Shown one piece after another: positions 1 to 10,077 of a stretch of 64,000 nt of DNA. Position 1 is the stretch's first letter. Each line of letters opens with the position of its first letter. This stretch comes from Candidatus Thorarchaeota archaeon. GTDB taxonomy: Archaea; Asgardarchaeota; Thorarchaeia; Thorarchaeales; Thorarchaeaceae. The DNA lies in contig JAFGAR010000064.1 in NCBI GenBank assembly GCA_016933575.1, forward strand, positions 40,851 through 104,850, given 5' to 3'. A program made the position numbers and the translations under genes. Below the pieces are notes generated by a model. It ran no database searches. It saw only the letters and a program-made list of their open reading frames with translations, and was not told where the DNA came from.

Positions 1-1
1 T

Positions 2-1468
2 ATAGTCACCGAAGCAATTGAGAATGGTTGGGACTGGTTTGATCAGGGTGAACAGACATGGACTTGGCTATCTTTCGGTGTAGGTCAGCATTATGGTGTT
101 GACACTGAGACCGGATGGTCTTCACTTGATCTTCGCTATGAATACTCAGGACTGATGATCTGGGAAGATGGACTTGTTGGCAATAACTCTGTCATGGAAA
201 CCTACATGACAAATCCTGGCGATGGTGAACTCACTCACTACTTTATCCCTGATTCTGTGGATAGCGTAAGCTTTGTCACTCCAGGCATGGCTTACAGTGT
301 TCCTGATGCATCTGGATCACTTCAACTTGATATTGAGGATGAAGTGACTTGGGGCGTCACATTTTCTGGCATCAATGGAACTACATTCCCATTCAATGCC
401 TATGCATATTGGGACTGGTACGGAGGTGTGGTGACAGGAACTGACCTTCGAACATTTGATGAAAGACCCACAAAGGTCGCCATTGATATGATTGAATTCC
501 TAGTCCATTTTCAGGGACATCTCAATTCAACAGAAGGTGCGACAAGTAACTATGCTACCATGAAGGTCGATAACACCGTAGGTCAATGGGGTGTTGATCT
601 TAATGGAGGTATTGAAAATCTAGACGGCAAATCTTTGGCTCTAAACTATCTTGCTGATATCAGCACTTCACAGTTTAAAGTGAATGCATCTGCAGTTGGT
701 CAAGAAGACACGATTGTTTCAGACCGATTCGAGATTGGTGATACTAGTGCAAAGTTCGCTGAGATGATCATTGGAGGCGTAACCTATGAGTGGGCTGGTG
801 ATCCATACACACAATACAATGTATCGAGTCAGACAACTCCATACAGCACCTTCACCAGTGCCTATCAGTCTGATAATGGTCAGTCTGCAACCTCTTGGGC
901 ATTCACATCAACACAGTACTACGTTTCAATAGGTTTTCCAGAGTGGGATGGTCTCTATGTCTATCAAGACCCAGTCTTTGTTGGCTATATATCAACTTCT
1001 GGACAGACTGGTGGTGACAGCGTAGAATTCAGTGCTTTCAGCATCAATCCTTCAGTTCCCACTTCAAGTGATTCTGTTGAAGTGACTGTAGACATCTATT
1101 CCGATTATACAATCTGGAATGTTAACCTTGTCTATAGTACTGATGGTGAAAACTATGGTATGAACACTGCTATGTCAAAGATGAGTGACACTCGATGGAA
1201 CGGAGTAATTCCTCCATTCTCTGATGATACTCAGATTTGGTACAAGATTGTTGCCTACACTGACTCTGGCACTTTCGAGTCAGCTCCACAATCATATATA
1301 GTTGGACAAGGAATGGTGACAATCACTCCTACCTTCCCAACTACAACAACAGGTTCCACTGGTCCGACATGGACTGGCGAGGGTCCCTCGCTGGAACTTA
1401 TTATGATGATTGGTGGGATTGGTCTGGTTGTTGTGATGATAGCAGCGATGGCTAGGCGACGAAAGTAA
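2..1468 (+). CDS. C-terminal part of a large secreted/S-layer-like membrane-anchored protein (5' end outside window)
   Basis: The frame is open from base 2 and joins the listed ORF 155..1468. Ser/Thr/Asp/Gly-rich beta-type sequence, Thr-rich linker (TPTFPTTTTGSTGPT), C-terminal TM helix and basic tail RRRK. Confidence 0.75.
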   Translation: MVTEAIENGWDWFDQGEQTWTWLSFGVGQHYGVDTETGWSSLDLRYEYSGLMIWEDGLVGNNSVMETYMTNPGDGELTHYFIPDSVDSVSFVTPGMAYSVPDASGSLQLDIEDEVTWGVTFSGINGTTFPFNAYAYWDWYGGVVTGTDLRTFDERPTKVAIDMIEFLVHFQGHLNSTEGATSNYATMKVDNTVGQWGVDLNGGIENLDGKSLALNYLADISTSQFKVNASAVGQEDTIVSDRFEIGDTSAKFAEMIIGGVTYEWAGDPYTQYNVSSQTTPYSTFTSAYQSDNGQSATSWAFTSTQYYVSIGFPEWDGLYVYQDPVFVGYISTSGQTGGDSVEFSAFSINPSVPTSSDSVEVTVDIYSDYTIWNVNLVYSTDGENYGMNTAMSKMSDTRWNGVIPPFSDDTQIWYKIVAYTDSGTFESAPQSYIVGQGMVTITPTFPTTTTGSTGPTWTGEGPSLELIMMIGGIGLVVVMIAAMARRRK

Positions 1469-1472
1469 TTCA

Positions 1473-1510
1473 AAGAAGAGGGGTTATCCCCTCTTTCTTT
1501 CTCTTTTTCT
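1473..1510. terminator. Hairpin + T-tract terminator between convergent genes
   Basis: AAGAGGGG-TTAT-CCCCTCTT stem-loop followed by TTTCTTTCTCTTTTT. Confidence 0.6.
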
Positions 1511-1515
1511 AAATA

Positions 1516-2163
1516 CTATTTCTTCGGAACTTTCTTCCAGTCATCAAGAAATTTTTGTATACCAATATCCGTAAGTGGATGATTGACCATCTTGTCCAAC
1601 ACTGCAGGTGGTATTGTTGCAATGTCTGCTCCAATCAATGCAGCTTCATAAACATGGATTGGATGCCTGATACTCGCAACAATTATTTCTGTTTCAAATC
1701 CATAATTTACATATATTTGGGCAATACTCTCAATCAGTTCCATTCCAGTATGACCTACGTCATCCAATCGACCAATGAAAGGCGAAACAAATGAAGCACC
1801 AGCCTTTGCAGCTAGGAGGGCTTGGTTCGCGCTAAAGCACAAAGTGACATTTGTCTGAATTCCTTCATCTGCGCATTGCTTCACAACCTTAAGACCTTCC
1901 CAGGTCATCGGAATCTTAATTGCTGCATTATCTATCCAGCTGTTTAATTCACGAGCCTCTTTCATCATTCCCTCAGCATCCTCACTGACTGCCTCGAGAC
2001 TGATTGGTCCTGTGACGAAAGATGCAATCTCATCTACAATCTTTCTGAAGTCTTTTCCTTCCTTTGCTACTAGCGAAGGATTTGTTGTAACACCGTCAAC
2101 CATCCCTCTCTCATGCGCTTTCCGAATTGCTTCAACATTTGCAGTATCTATGAAGAATTTCAA
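1516..2163 (-). CDS. tal: Transaldolase / fructose-6-phosphate aldolase family (short TalC type)
   Basis: [15 protein letters not shown], Schiff-base [26 protein letters not shown] motifs; TTG start. Confidence 0.93.
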   Translation of the reverse strand: MKFFIDTANVEAIRKAHERGMVDGVTTNPSLVAKEGKDFRKIVDEIASFVTGPISLEAVSEDAEGMMKEARELNSWIDNAAIKIPMTWEGLKVVKQCADEGIQTNVTLCFSANQALLAAKAGASFVSPFIGRLDDVGHTGMELIESIAQIYVNYGFETEIIVASIRHPIHVYEAALIGADIATIPPAVLDKMVNHPLTDIGIQKFLDDWKKVPKK

Positions 2164-2268
2164 TTGTAATTTGCTCCTTGTTGACCTAAGTTGGGTCTAT
2201 ACTGACAAGACAATAATTGTTACAGGATTTAAAACGTAGGGTTTGTCTCTCAAACGGCAATCACCAGT

Positions 2269-2925
2269 CTATTCCATAGCTTTCTTCAGGTCTCTTACCC
2301 GTTGTTCGATATCTAGCGCTTTAAACACTGCAGAACCTGCGATAAAGAAATCTGCTCCAGCTTTTCTCAGATTGCCAATATTTTCGAGTGTGACTCCACC
2401 ATCTACCGCAATACGAACACTCGGTTTTAGTTCATCAAGTAGTGTCCTTAGTTTCGTGATTTTACTTGTTGATGATGGAATGAATTGCTGACCTCCAAAT
2501 CCCGGACAGACACTCATTATGAGAACTGAGTCGATGAGGTCAATGACTCCTTCAACAGACTCCACCGGTGTTGCAGGATTGAGAGTGATTCCTGCTCGTC
2601 CACCATGGTCTACAATCATCTGGACTGTTCGATAAATATCGTAAGAACCCTCAATATGTGGATAAATCAATTCCACACCCGCATCAATAAACTTGGGGAT
2701 ATACTCTCTAGGATTAGTTATCATCAGATGCGCATCAAGAGGACGATCAGTGATCTTCTTCATCTGTTTGGCAACCCAGGGACCAAAGGAGATGTTTGGC
2801 ACGAAGTGTCCATCCATAATATCAAGATGGAAATAATCAGATCCTCCTCTCTCTGCTGCTCTGATATCCTCTTCGAGGTGAGCAAAGTTCGCTGCAAGTA
2901 TGGAGGGTGTCAGTAAGGGCTTCAT
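2269..2925 (-). CDS. rpe: Ribulose-phosphate 3-epimerase
   Basis: PSILAANF, HLDIMDGHFVPNISFG, DAHLM, PGFGGQ, VDGG, AGSA motifs. Confidence 0.95.
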   Translation of the reverse strand: MKPLLTPSILAANFAHLEEDIRAAERGGSDYFHLDIMDGHFVPNISFGPWVAKQMKKITDRPLDAHLMITNPREYIPKFIDAGVELIYPHIEGSYDIYRTVQMIVDHGGRAGITLNPATPVESVEGVIDLIDSVLIMSVCPGFGGQQFIPSSTSKITKLRTLLDELKPSVRIAVDGGVTLENIGNLRKAGADFFIAGSAVFKALDIEQRVRDLKKAME

Positions 2926-2992
2926 GGCATGTTACTCTCGCACATGCTCGTTTTTAATCTTCGCGATTTGTTATAATCGCCCATCTAATCCT

Positions 2993-4636
2993 TCAATCCT
3001 TGAGGAGTTTAGGAATCTGAAAGTGAGCAAGCAATACTATTGCAATCGTAGCAAGTCCTTGCATTGAGAGACTCAAGATCTGTGAGCCAGTAAATATCAT
3101 AGTTATGCCAAAACAGAGCAGTGGTCCAACTCCAACGATGGCTCCTACAAATCCAGCGATCAGTGCCATTCTCTGATCTGCGGCTAGGTTGATTGCCACT
3201 GCACGCCCACCACCTCTGTATCGATACATTGTCGCACCGACTGACATTGGTACTGCATATCCCAAAGGTACCGCAATGATAGGCACCATGATGACAAGCC
3301 AAGTAATTGGATTGAAGATTGAAAGTAGTAAGGCAATCAACAGCATAGTTATAGTATATGGAATGATTGAGATTACTACTTTCCCTCTAAGTACCAGTTT
3401 TGAACTCAAAGGAAGTCCTTCATGAATTGATGATCCCTGTGTATCAAACATCATCACTGAAACAACTGACAACCCTGAGAAGAGATTTCCATAGGCAACT
3501 GCTGTGAGAGCTGTGATACTATGGAGCGGTCCATCGCGAGCCCATCCTGCTATCATAGGATAGAGCATAATCATAAGGAAGACTGGTATTGCAAAGATTA
3601 TTGCTGAACCGACACTCTTTGTAGCCATCTTCATGTCTTTTCTGATGACTGCCATCAAAGGCGTCTTCGTTATAATTTCGATTTCTCTCAATGCAGTTGT
3701 TCTTCCAGTTGAAACTCCACCAAGGGCAAGACCTCTAAGCAGATTTCCACTCTGTCTATAAAGCACGACTGCAATGACTCCATAGAGTAGGGACATACCG
3801 AGAGCAATGTAAGGTATTAGTTGATTGCTCATGACTACTCCCGGTGTAACAATAGAGGTTAAGAATCCAAAAGAGAATGGAAAGAGGATTGACAAGAAGA
3901 GGTAGGTGCCATCGAAGGTTTCTGCGAACTGAATTACAAATTGTATAATGTACGGGATATAGCTTGCCAACATGTAGATGCTCATGATTCCAACAACAAG
4001 ACCAATAGTTGCAGCTAGTCGTATGATCGTTCCTAACTTTGTTTCTTCGGACGAGTGTATTTTTTCTTGGAACCAACAAGAGAATCCAATTAGTGTACGG
4101 AGTGACACTGAGACTGTTGCCGAACAACCTATGAAAGCGACCATAGCTGCCAGTGGACCGAAGAGAATTAGTAATGCAATTGGGAATATAGCTACAGTCA
4201 TTACTGCTGGAGCTAGAAAGACTCGCATAAACGCTAAGACTGCCAGGCTCTCTAATTCTTTGGTGCTGAGTGGTAACGTGCTAGGAAGTTTCATTGCACC
4301 AGACGTAAAGAATCCTGTCGTTGTAGTGAGATTAAGGAAAAAAATCAGAATAAATGCGAGAGCCATGAAGAGTGAAAACCCAATCGCTAATCGGACACCC
4401 AAATTGCCTAGACTAGTATCAAATGCCATGCCTGCAATTGTAAGAGATGCTAGCATAGTGAGTATGATTACACTCATCATGCCATTTACCCTACTTGCTG
4501 AACGGATGCTTCTGGAGATTTTCTCAGGGTCTTCCTTTATCCTAGCTTTATTCCCGGGATTATTTTCAAGGAATCCATCGAATCTCATCTGATTTGCAAT
4601 TACACCTGCGATTCTCCACCGTTCCCTGAAGTTCAA
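2993..4636 (-). CDS. ABC-2 type exporter permease
   Basis: About 12-14 hydrophobic segments in two repeats; overlaps the stop of the upstream ABC ATPase by 4 nt. Confidence 0.75.
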   Translation of the reverse strand: MNFRERWRIAGVIANQMRFDGFLENNPGNKARIKEDPEKISRSIRSASRVNGMMSVIILTMLASLTIAGMAFDTSLGNLGVRLAIGFSLFMALAFILIFFLNLTTTTGFFTSGAMKLPSTLPLSTKELESLAVLAFMRVFLAPAVMTVAIFPIALLILFGPLAAMVAFIGCSATVSVSLRTLIGFSCWFQEKIHSSEETKLGTIIRLAATIGLVVGIMSIYMLASYIPYIIQFVIQFAETFDGTYLFLSILFPFSFGFLTSIVTPGVVMSNQLIPYIALGMSLLYGVIAVVLYRQSGNLLRGLALGGVSTGRTTALREIEIITKTPLMAVIRKDMKMATKSVGSAIIFAIPVFLMIMLYPMIAGWARDGPLHSITALTAVAYGNLFSGLSVVSVMMFDTQGSSIHEGLPLSSKLVLRGKVVISIIPYTITMLLIALLLSIFNPITWLVIMVPIIAVPLGYAVPMSVGATMYRYRGGGRAVAINLAADQRMALIAGFVGAIVGVGPLLCFGITMIFTGSQILSLSMQGLATIAIVLLAHFQIPKLLKD

Positions 4637-5412
4637 TCCGAGAGTGCCTCCCGAAGAGCATCAACGCCAATTTGGACTTCTTCTTCTTGCTCTGTCAATC
4701 TGAGGAATATCTTCTCAAGGGTTGCGCCTTCCTCGTGAGCCTGGCTTCTCAGATCCTCTATTGTCCCCTCACCAACCATGACTCCATCATCCAGTATTCC
4801 AACTCTATCACATAGACCCTGTGCTACTTCCATGATGTGTGTGGAGAGTAAAACAGAACCTCCTCCCTCAACATGAATTTTGATGATGTCCTTCATAATC
4901 TTGGCAGTTCGTACATCAAGACCTGCGAAAGGCTCGTCAAGGATTAGGAGTGTTGGAGCATGAAGTAGAGCTGATATGAGCATGGTCTTCTGTTTGTTAC
5001 CTTGCGAGAGCGTAACGATCATGGAGTCGAAATACCGTTCGAAGTCTAGAGCTTTCACCATCTCTTTGATCCGTTTATTGACTCGCTCAGATGGCAATTC
5101 TCTGATGGACGCAATGAATTCAAAGAGCTCGCGTGGTGTAAGTGAGTCATAGAGATGATGTTCTTCTGGAACATATCCCACCAATCTCTTGACTTCAATC
5201 GGATCATCAAGAGAACTGATACCATAAATCTTCGATGCACCACTATCAGGATCAAGCAGTCCCATGAGACATTTAATCGTAGTTGTCTTTCCGGCACCAT
5301 TTGGGCCAAGAATCCCATAGATCTCGCCCTCTCGAACTTGGAAGGTCACATCACTCACCGCAACGAGACTTCCAAAGGATTTTACAAGATTTTCAATTTC
5401 GACAGCTGCCAT
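4633..5412 (-). CDS. ABC transporter ATP-binding protein (ABC-2/multidrug type)
   Basis: Walker A GPNGAGKTT, signature LSQGNKQK, Walker B LILDEP, H-loop STH. Confidence 0.95.
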   Translation of the reverse strand: MAAVEIENLVKSFGSLVAVSDVTFQVREGEIYGILGPNGAGKTTTIKCLMGLLDPDSGASKIYGISSLDDPIEVKRLVGYVPEEHHLYDSLTPRELFEFIASIRELPSERVNKRIKEMVKALDFERYFDSMIVTLSQGNKQKTMLISALLHAPTLLILDEPFAGLDVRTAKIMKDIIKIHVEGGGSVLLSTHIMEVAQGLCDRVGILDDGVMVGEGTIEDLRSQAHEEGATLEKIFLRLTEQEEEVQIGVDALREALSD

Positions 5413-5635
5413 TTATTTGAGCTCCATCATAATCATGTGTAGATAACGACACATCCGCCTATTGATAATCCGTTTGAATTAATATAACATTTCACAACAA
5501 CGCTAGAATATCAAATCTAGAGTACGTTCTCTGACTTGGAGTCAATAGTTGTTGACTATGTGGCTTAATTCAATTATGCAATAAACCATTTCGAATGATG
5601 AAAATAGATAAATAATTCTAAGTTTCAGCATAGCT

Positions 5636-5866
5636 TTGGTTAGGAACATGGTAGACAATGACGATATCCCAAATATCGATAATGTCAATACTGGCGAGGC
5701 GTGTACAGTACTTCTAATGATAGCTGCTTTTGTTGCTGCGATGAATACTTTCGTAGTCTCATCAGATCCTTTTAGCTTCTATATGACAATAGCACTAACA
5801 TTTGGGCTTATTGCTATCGCATCAGCAATATTGACGGTTGGACGACGAGTCAGTTCCAATGCCTAA
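5636..5866 (+). CDS. Small 2-TM membrane protein, hypothetical (start may be a downstream ATG)
   Basis: Two hydrophobic helices; sits alone in the gap between larger genes. Confidence 0.5.
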   Translation: MVRNMVDNDDIPNIDNVNTGEACTVLLMIAAFVAAMNTFVVSSDPFSFYMTIALTFGLIAIASAILTVGRRVSSNA

Positions 5867-6052
5867 TGCTCGTATTGAATTTAACAACCTCTTGATGCAT
5901 AAGAGACGCCATAAATGATCTTAGTCAGAATGAAGATTCAAATTTCAAAAAGCACTTAGAACAGAACCAAGCATACCCCACACAAGTGGTTCTTTCCTAT
6001 CTATTCTAATCACTAGTCGATAGATTTCCTCAACTTCTAAAGCCATCCTTGC

Positions 6053-7336
6053 TTATTCTGAATTTGAGATACGTTGATAGAGAACATATAGAACTATCAA
6101 CCAAATTGGTGTTATTGGGTCTAATCCAAGTACTAGATAATAGAGAACAATTCCTATTGAGAAGAAAGCAAGTAGGTTGTTAGATCCTGCCCATAGAGTG
6201 TCAAGTTTTCGTTTCTCGCCTTCTTGTAGGGTTGGTGAACTATAGAGTTGCAGCATTGAAGGCGCAAGAAGTGCATACCAGAACGACAGGAATAGAAACC
6301 ATGAATCAGGGTAGACCAAAAGAACAAGAAACATCATAGAAGCAAAGTGATGTGTGTACCTCTTTTTATCCATTGGTGATCTGATGAATGAGATATAGTT
6401 CCTTGAGAAAATGTAACCTCCAAGAGTCAGGATTACTGCATACTGAAGAATATTGGTGTCAATAAAGGGAAGGAGTGCAACTGCAAGTCTTGTAATACTT
6501 GTGCTGTGATGATAAGAAAGTCCCTCAACGAGATTCACATGTATGAAATCCATGAATGCAAAGGGATATAGAAAGAAATACACGATATTTGGTATCATTG
6601 ATACTAGGAATCCAAAAAATACACCACCAAACTTCTTGAATGGAATGGCAATCCCAAGTTTTCTTTTCAATGTGAAAGGTACCAAAAAGGGGAGAAATAC
6701 AACACAGAAGGGTTTGATGGTTATTGCTATACCGATTAGAAGTCCAATCATGATAGGTATTCTAATTGAGTGTTCTGAAGACACAAGTAGTAAGAATAGT
6801 ACTAATAGAACAAGGAGAATCACGAGCTGCGAAATCTGACCGAGTATGAGGTTCACAACATTTGGTGGGGTGATTGCTACGATTGCCAATGTTCTTTCAA
6901 AGTTCTTCGTTGACGGCAATACACCTCTTTTCACACTTATGGCATAGACTGCATAAACTATTAGGATACTGAATATCATCATCATTGTGATATTCAATAT
7001 GTAAAGTGCATACAATGGAATTATTGCAAACAAAGACATGTACGCTGCAAAAGATGGTAAGTATCTGAATGGTAGGCCATTTGGAGCTACAAAATAGATG
7101 TTTCCTGGTGAAATTAAGAATTCCTGACCTGCTTCGTAGAAGACTTGGAAATCCATTGTATAGACTGTAGTGCCTACGCTACCTGTAATCATTAGATAGA
7201 GAAAGATAATGAGAACGCAGAAATAATACCCAAAATTGAAAGCAACTCCTCCAAGAAGTAAGTGTGATCTCTTTAAATACTGTATAAACGACCCTAACGA
7301 AGCAGGTTCATTTTCTACCATATAGGAACACCCCAC
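6053..7336 (-). CDS. GT-C fold glycosyltransferase, family 87 (DUF2029)-like
   Basis: DFQVFYEAG, FRYLP, GQIS and AITIKPF motifs typical of GT87; multi-pass membrane protein. Confidence 0.8.
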   Translation of the reverse strand: MGCSYMVENEPASLGSFIQYLKRSHLLLGGVAFNFGYYFCVLIIFLYLMITGSVGTTVYTMDFQVFYEAGQEFLISPGNIYFVAPNGLPFRYLPSFAAYMSLFAIIPLYALYILNITMMMIFSILIVYAVYAISVKRGVLPSTKNFERTLAIVAITPPNVVNLILGQISQLVILLVLLVLFLLLVSSEHSIRIPIMIGLLIGIAITIKPFCVVFLPFLVPFTLKRKLGIAIPFKKFGGVFFGFLVSMIPNIVYFFLYPFAFMDFIHVNLVEGLSYHHSTSITRLAVALLPFIDTNILQYAVILTLGGYIFSRNYISFIRSPMDKKRYTHHFASMMFLVLLVYPDSWFLFLSFWYALLAPSMLQLYSSPTLQEGEKRKLDTLWAGSNNLLAFFSIGIVLYYLVLGLDPITPIWLIVLYVLYQRISNSE

Positions 7337-7887
7337 AATAAGGCTTCAGAAATGAGCAATGAAACACTCGAACCAAAAAATAAACCTATCACAATCAGTG
7401 CTTCCGGCCATTTGTATCGCTTTGTCCATCTCTCATCAATTATAAAGAACGGAATGAAAAGAATGGCTATACTGAATGCCATCAAGATGAGGTTGGGAGG
7501 TTGAATATAGTTTCTCGCATCAAACAATATCATTAAGATGGCTAATATAACAACAGGTGGATGTAGGGTGAGTCTCTCAAGAATTGCCCAGTTCTTCTTC
7601 TGAGCCCAATGCTCTTGTGTCTGAAATTTGCGAATGAAATTGATATCCCAGACTGATGTCACAAGTAAGATTGGAAATGCTATCATCACCATGATATTTA
7701 AAGGATAGACACTTAGACCAAAGGCTAGTGCAAGACATGTGTAATATGAAAAAAATCGACTGAAATATCTACGTCTAAAATCCAACTCACTCTTCAATTT
7801 TATTTCTACTATCCACACTCTAAAGAGAAAAAACACGATACCTACTACAACGATTATTTCTAGATATCCCAATATTTGAATCCTCAT
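7315..7887 (-). CDS. Hypothetical multi-pass membrane protein
   Basis: 190 aa with about 5-6 hydrophobic segments; overlaps or abuts the GT87 gene. Confidence 0.65.
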   Translation of the reverse strand: MRIQILGYLEIIVVVGIVFFLFRVWIVEIKLKSELDFRRRYFSRFFSYYTCLALAFGLSVYPLNIMVMIAFPILLVTSVWDINFIRKFQTQEHWAQKKNWAILERLTLHPPVVILAILMILFDARNYIQPPNLILMAFSIAILFIPFFIIDERWTKRYKWPEALIVIGLFFGSSVSLLISEALLWGVPIW

Positions 7888-7980
7888 TTCTTTCTCAAAT
7901 ATGCCTATTAAGATAATTTTTTGAATTCACAGATATCGACACAAAAACCTATTGGGTCATGCTTTTTTTCGAATCCTCTA

Positions 7981-8415
7981 TCATTTTTCCTGATGAAGGT
8001 TCTTCTTGCAATCATCACAGATGATGTATACATCCAGACGTTGTCCAATGGGTTGTTTCCCAATCTCTGAGATAATATGATTCCATTTATTTCTTAAAGT
8101 ATCAGAACTATAGTCCCAAATCACTCCACATCCCTTACAGATGATATTGATATGGACCGAGGTGTTGGGATCAAAGCGTGAAGGTTGACTATTGAATCGT
8201 AATTCTGTGAGCATTCCCATTTCTTTAAGCATGTCCAGTGTGTGATATACTGTGGTCATACTGATTGCGGGATGCTTTCTCTTAATCTCTTCAAAGATCT
8301 GCTCAGCGTTAGGATGTTTCTCATTCGATAGAACTATCTTACAAATTGCAATTCTCTGTGGGGTTATCTTATACCCATTCTCTCTAAGTCTAGAGATTAG
8401 TTGTTCCTCATTCAT
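7981..8415 (-). CDS. perR: Fur-family transcriptional regulator, PerR-like
   Basis: KITPQRIAI, HPNAEQI, TTVYHTL wHTH, CxxC...CxxC zinc site; divergent from catalase. Confidence 0.85.
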   Translation of the reverse strand: MNEEQLISRLRENGYKITPQRIAICKIVLSNEKHPNAEQIFEEIKRKHPAISMTTVYHTLDMLKEMGMLTELRFNSQPSRFDPNTSVHINIICKGCGVIWDYSSDTLRNKWNHIISEIGKQPIGQRLDVYIICDDCKKNLHQEK

Positions 8416-8472
8416 ATTATCGCCAGTCTGAAGTTCTTAGTTGGAGCTTTTCATTCAACTTTTATTATTTCC

Positions 8473-8541
8473 CATTATAGATAATGCTTAAATAAAAGTG
8501 TTTGTTATTTAGTTTCTATTACAATTTAGTTTCTATTACAA
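8473..8541. promoter_or_regulatory. Divergent perR/catalase promoter with inverted repeat and 17-bp tandem direct repeat
   Basis: CATTAT-AG-ATAATG (8473-8486), TATA-like CTTAAATA, then ATTTAGTTTCTATTACA twice (8507-8523, 8524-8540). Confidence 0.6.
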
Positions 8542-10014
8542 ATGAGGATGAGAAACATGACCGATTCAAAAAAGAAAAGAAAGGAAGAGCAACTAACAAC
8601 TGCCTCTGGTTTTCCCGTTTCAGATAATCAGAACTCGATAACTGCTGGAGAACGCGGTCCATTATTAGTCGAGGATTTTCATCTATTTGAGAAACTGGCT
8701 CACTTCCATAGAGAACGTATTCCTGAACGTGTTGTTCATGCGAAGGGAGCTGGAGCTTTTGGTACATTCACAGTGACTCATAATATAACCAAATATACGA
8801 AAGCGAAGCTATTCTCAAAAGTTGGAAAGGCGACTGATGTCTTTCTCCGTTTTTCGACAGTCGCTGGAGAGAGAGGATCAGCAGATACAGTACGTGATGT
8901 ACGTGGATTTGCTATCAAGTTCTATACCGAAGAAGGAAATTGGGATATGACTGGAAATAACACCCCAGTATTCTTCGTTCGCGATCCCCTGAAATTTAGT
9001 GATTTTATCCACACACAGAAACGTCTTCCACAGACTAACCTTCGAAGTGAGACCATGTGGTGGGATTTCTGGTCTCTCTGTCCAGAGTCTCTTCATCAGG
9101 TAACAATTCTGTTCTCTGACCGAGGGACGCCCTATGGTCATACACACATGAATGGGTATGGAAGTCACACATATAGTTTCATTAATGCAAAGGATGAACG
9201 ATTCTGGGTGAAGTTCCATATCAAGACCAAACAGGGAATTAAGAATTTCAGTGCTGATGAAGCAGCACGAATGACTTCACAAGATCCTGATTGGTCCACT
9301 CGAGACCTCTTTGAACGGATTAAGAGGGGTGATTTTCCGAAGTGGAGTTTCAAAATTCAGATAATGCCTGAAGAGGACGCAAAGACATATCGTTGGAATC
9401 CCTTTGATTTGACCAAAGTCTGGCCTCATAGTGATTATCCTTTGATGGACGTAGGGGTGCTTGAGTTGAACAAGAATCCAGAGAATTACTTTGCTGACGT
9501 GGAACAGGCAGCTTTTGCTCCTTCCAATGTAGTCCCTGGAATTTCGTTCTCACCGGATAAAATGCTTCAGGCTAGGATTTTCTCCTATGCAGATGCCCAT
9601 CGATATAGGCTAGGGGTCAATTATCAGTTATTACCAGTAAATCGTGCTAGAAATGCAAAAGTACACAACTATCAACGCGATGGCTTTATGAGATTTGATG
9701 GAAATGCTGGCGCCAATGTCAATTACGAGCCCAATAGTTTTGGTGGTCCAGTTGAGAATCCTGCTTTTCGAGATCCGCCTCTGAAGATTTTCGGAGATGC
9801 AGATAGGTATAATCAACCAAGGGTTGAAGATGATTTCACTCAACCTGGCAATCTCTTTAGACTGATGTCAAAAGAGGAACAGGAACGGCTCATTGCTAAC
9901 ATCGTGAATTCGTTGAAGAATGTACCTGAATTCATACAGAAGCGTATGCTTGAGTACTTCCATAAGGCTGATGCTAATTATGGGAAGGGTGTTCAGAAAG
10001 GTTTGGGATTATAG
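8542..10014 (+). CDS. katA: Monofunctional small-subunit heme catalase
   Basis: [13 protein letters not shown] (distal His), [20 protein letters not shown] (proximal Tyr). Confidence 0.96.
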   Translation: MRMRNMTDSKKKRKEEQLTTASGFPVSDNQNSITAGERGPLLVEDFHLFEKLAHFHRERIPERVVHAKGAGAFGTFTVTHNITKYTKAKLFSKVGKATDVFLRFSTVAGERGSADTVRDVRGFAIKFYTEEGNWDMTGNNTPVFFVRDPLKFSDFIHTQKRLPQTNLRSETMWWDFWSLCPESLHQVTILFSDRGTPYGHTHMNGYGSHTYSFINAKDERFWVKFHIKTKQGIKNFSADEAARMTSQDPDWSTRDLFERIKRGDFPKWSFKIQIMPEEDAKTYRWNPFDLTKVWPHSDYPLMDVGVLELNKNPENYFADVEQAAFAPSNVVPGISFSPDKMLQARIFSYADAHRYRLGVNYQLLPVNRARNAKVHNYQRDGFMRFDGNAGANVNYEPNSFGGPVENPAFRDPPLKIFGDADRYNQPRVEDDFTQPGNLFRLMSKEEQERLIANIVNSLKNVPEFIQKRMLEYFHKADANYGKGVQKGLGL

Positions 10015-10025
10015 AAACTCAATTT

Positions 10026-10061
10026 AAAAAAGAAGGGATTGACTCCCTTCTTCTATCTTTT
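10026..10061. terminator. Bidirectional hairpin terminator
   Basis: AAGAAGGGA-TTGAC-TCCCTTCTT, flanked by an A-run and a T-rich tract, between convergent genes. Confidence 0.6.
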
Positions 10062-10077
10062 GATTTCTTGTTCGTAT

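Noticed and set aside
5413-8500. Mobile element / genomic island boundaries
   Set aside because: It looks AT-rich, but no integrase, transposase, tRNA target or flanking direct repeats were found.
8507-8540. CRISPR mini-array
   Set aside because: Only two 17-bp units with no spacer and no cas genes; the promoter location fits an operator.
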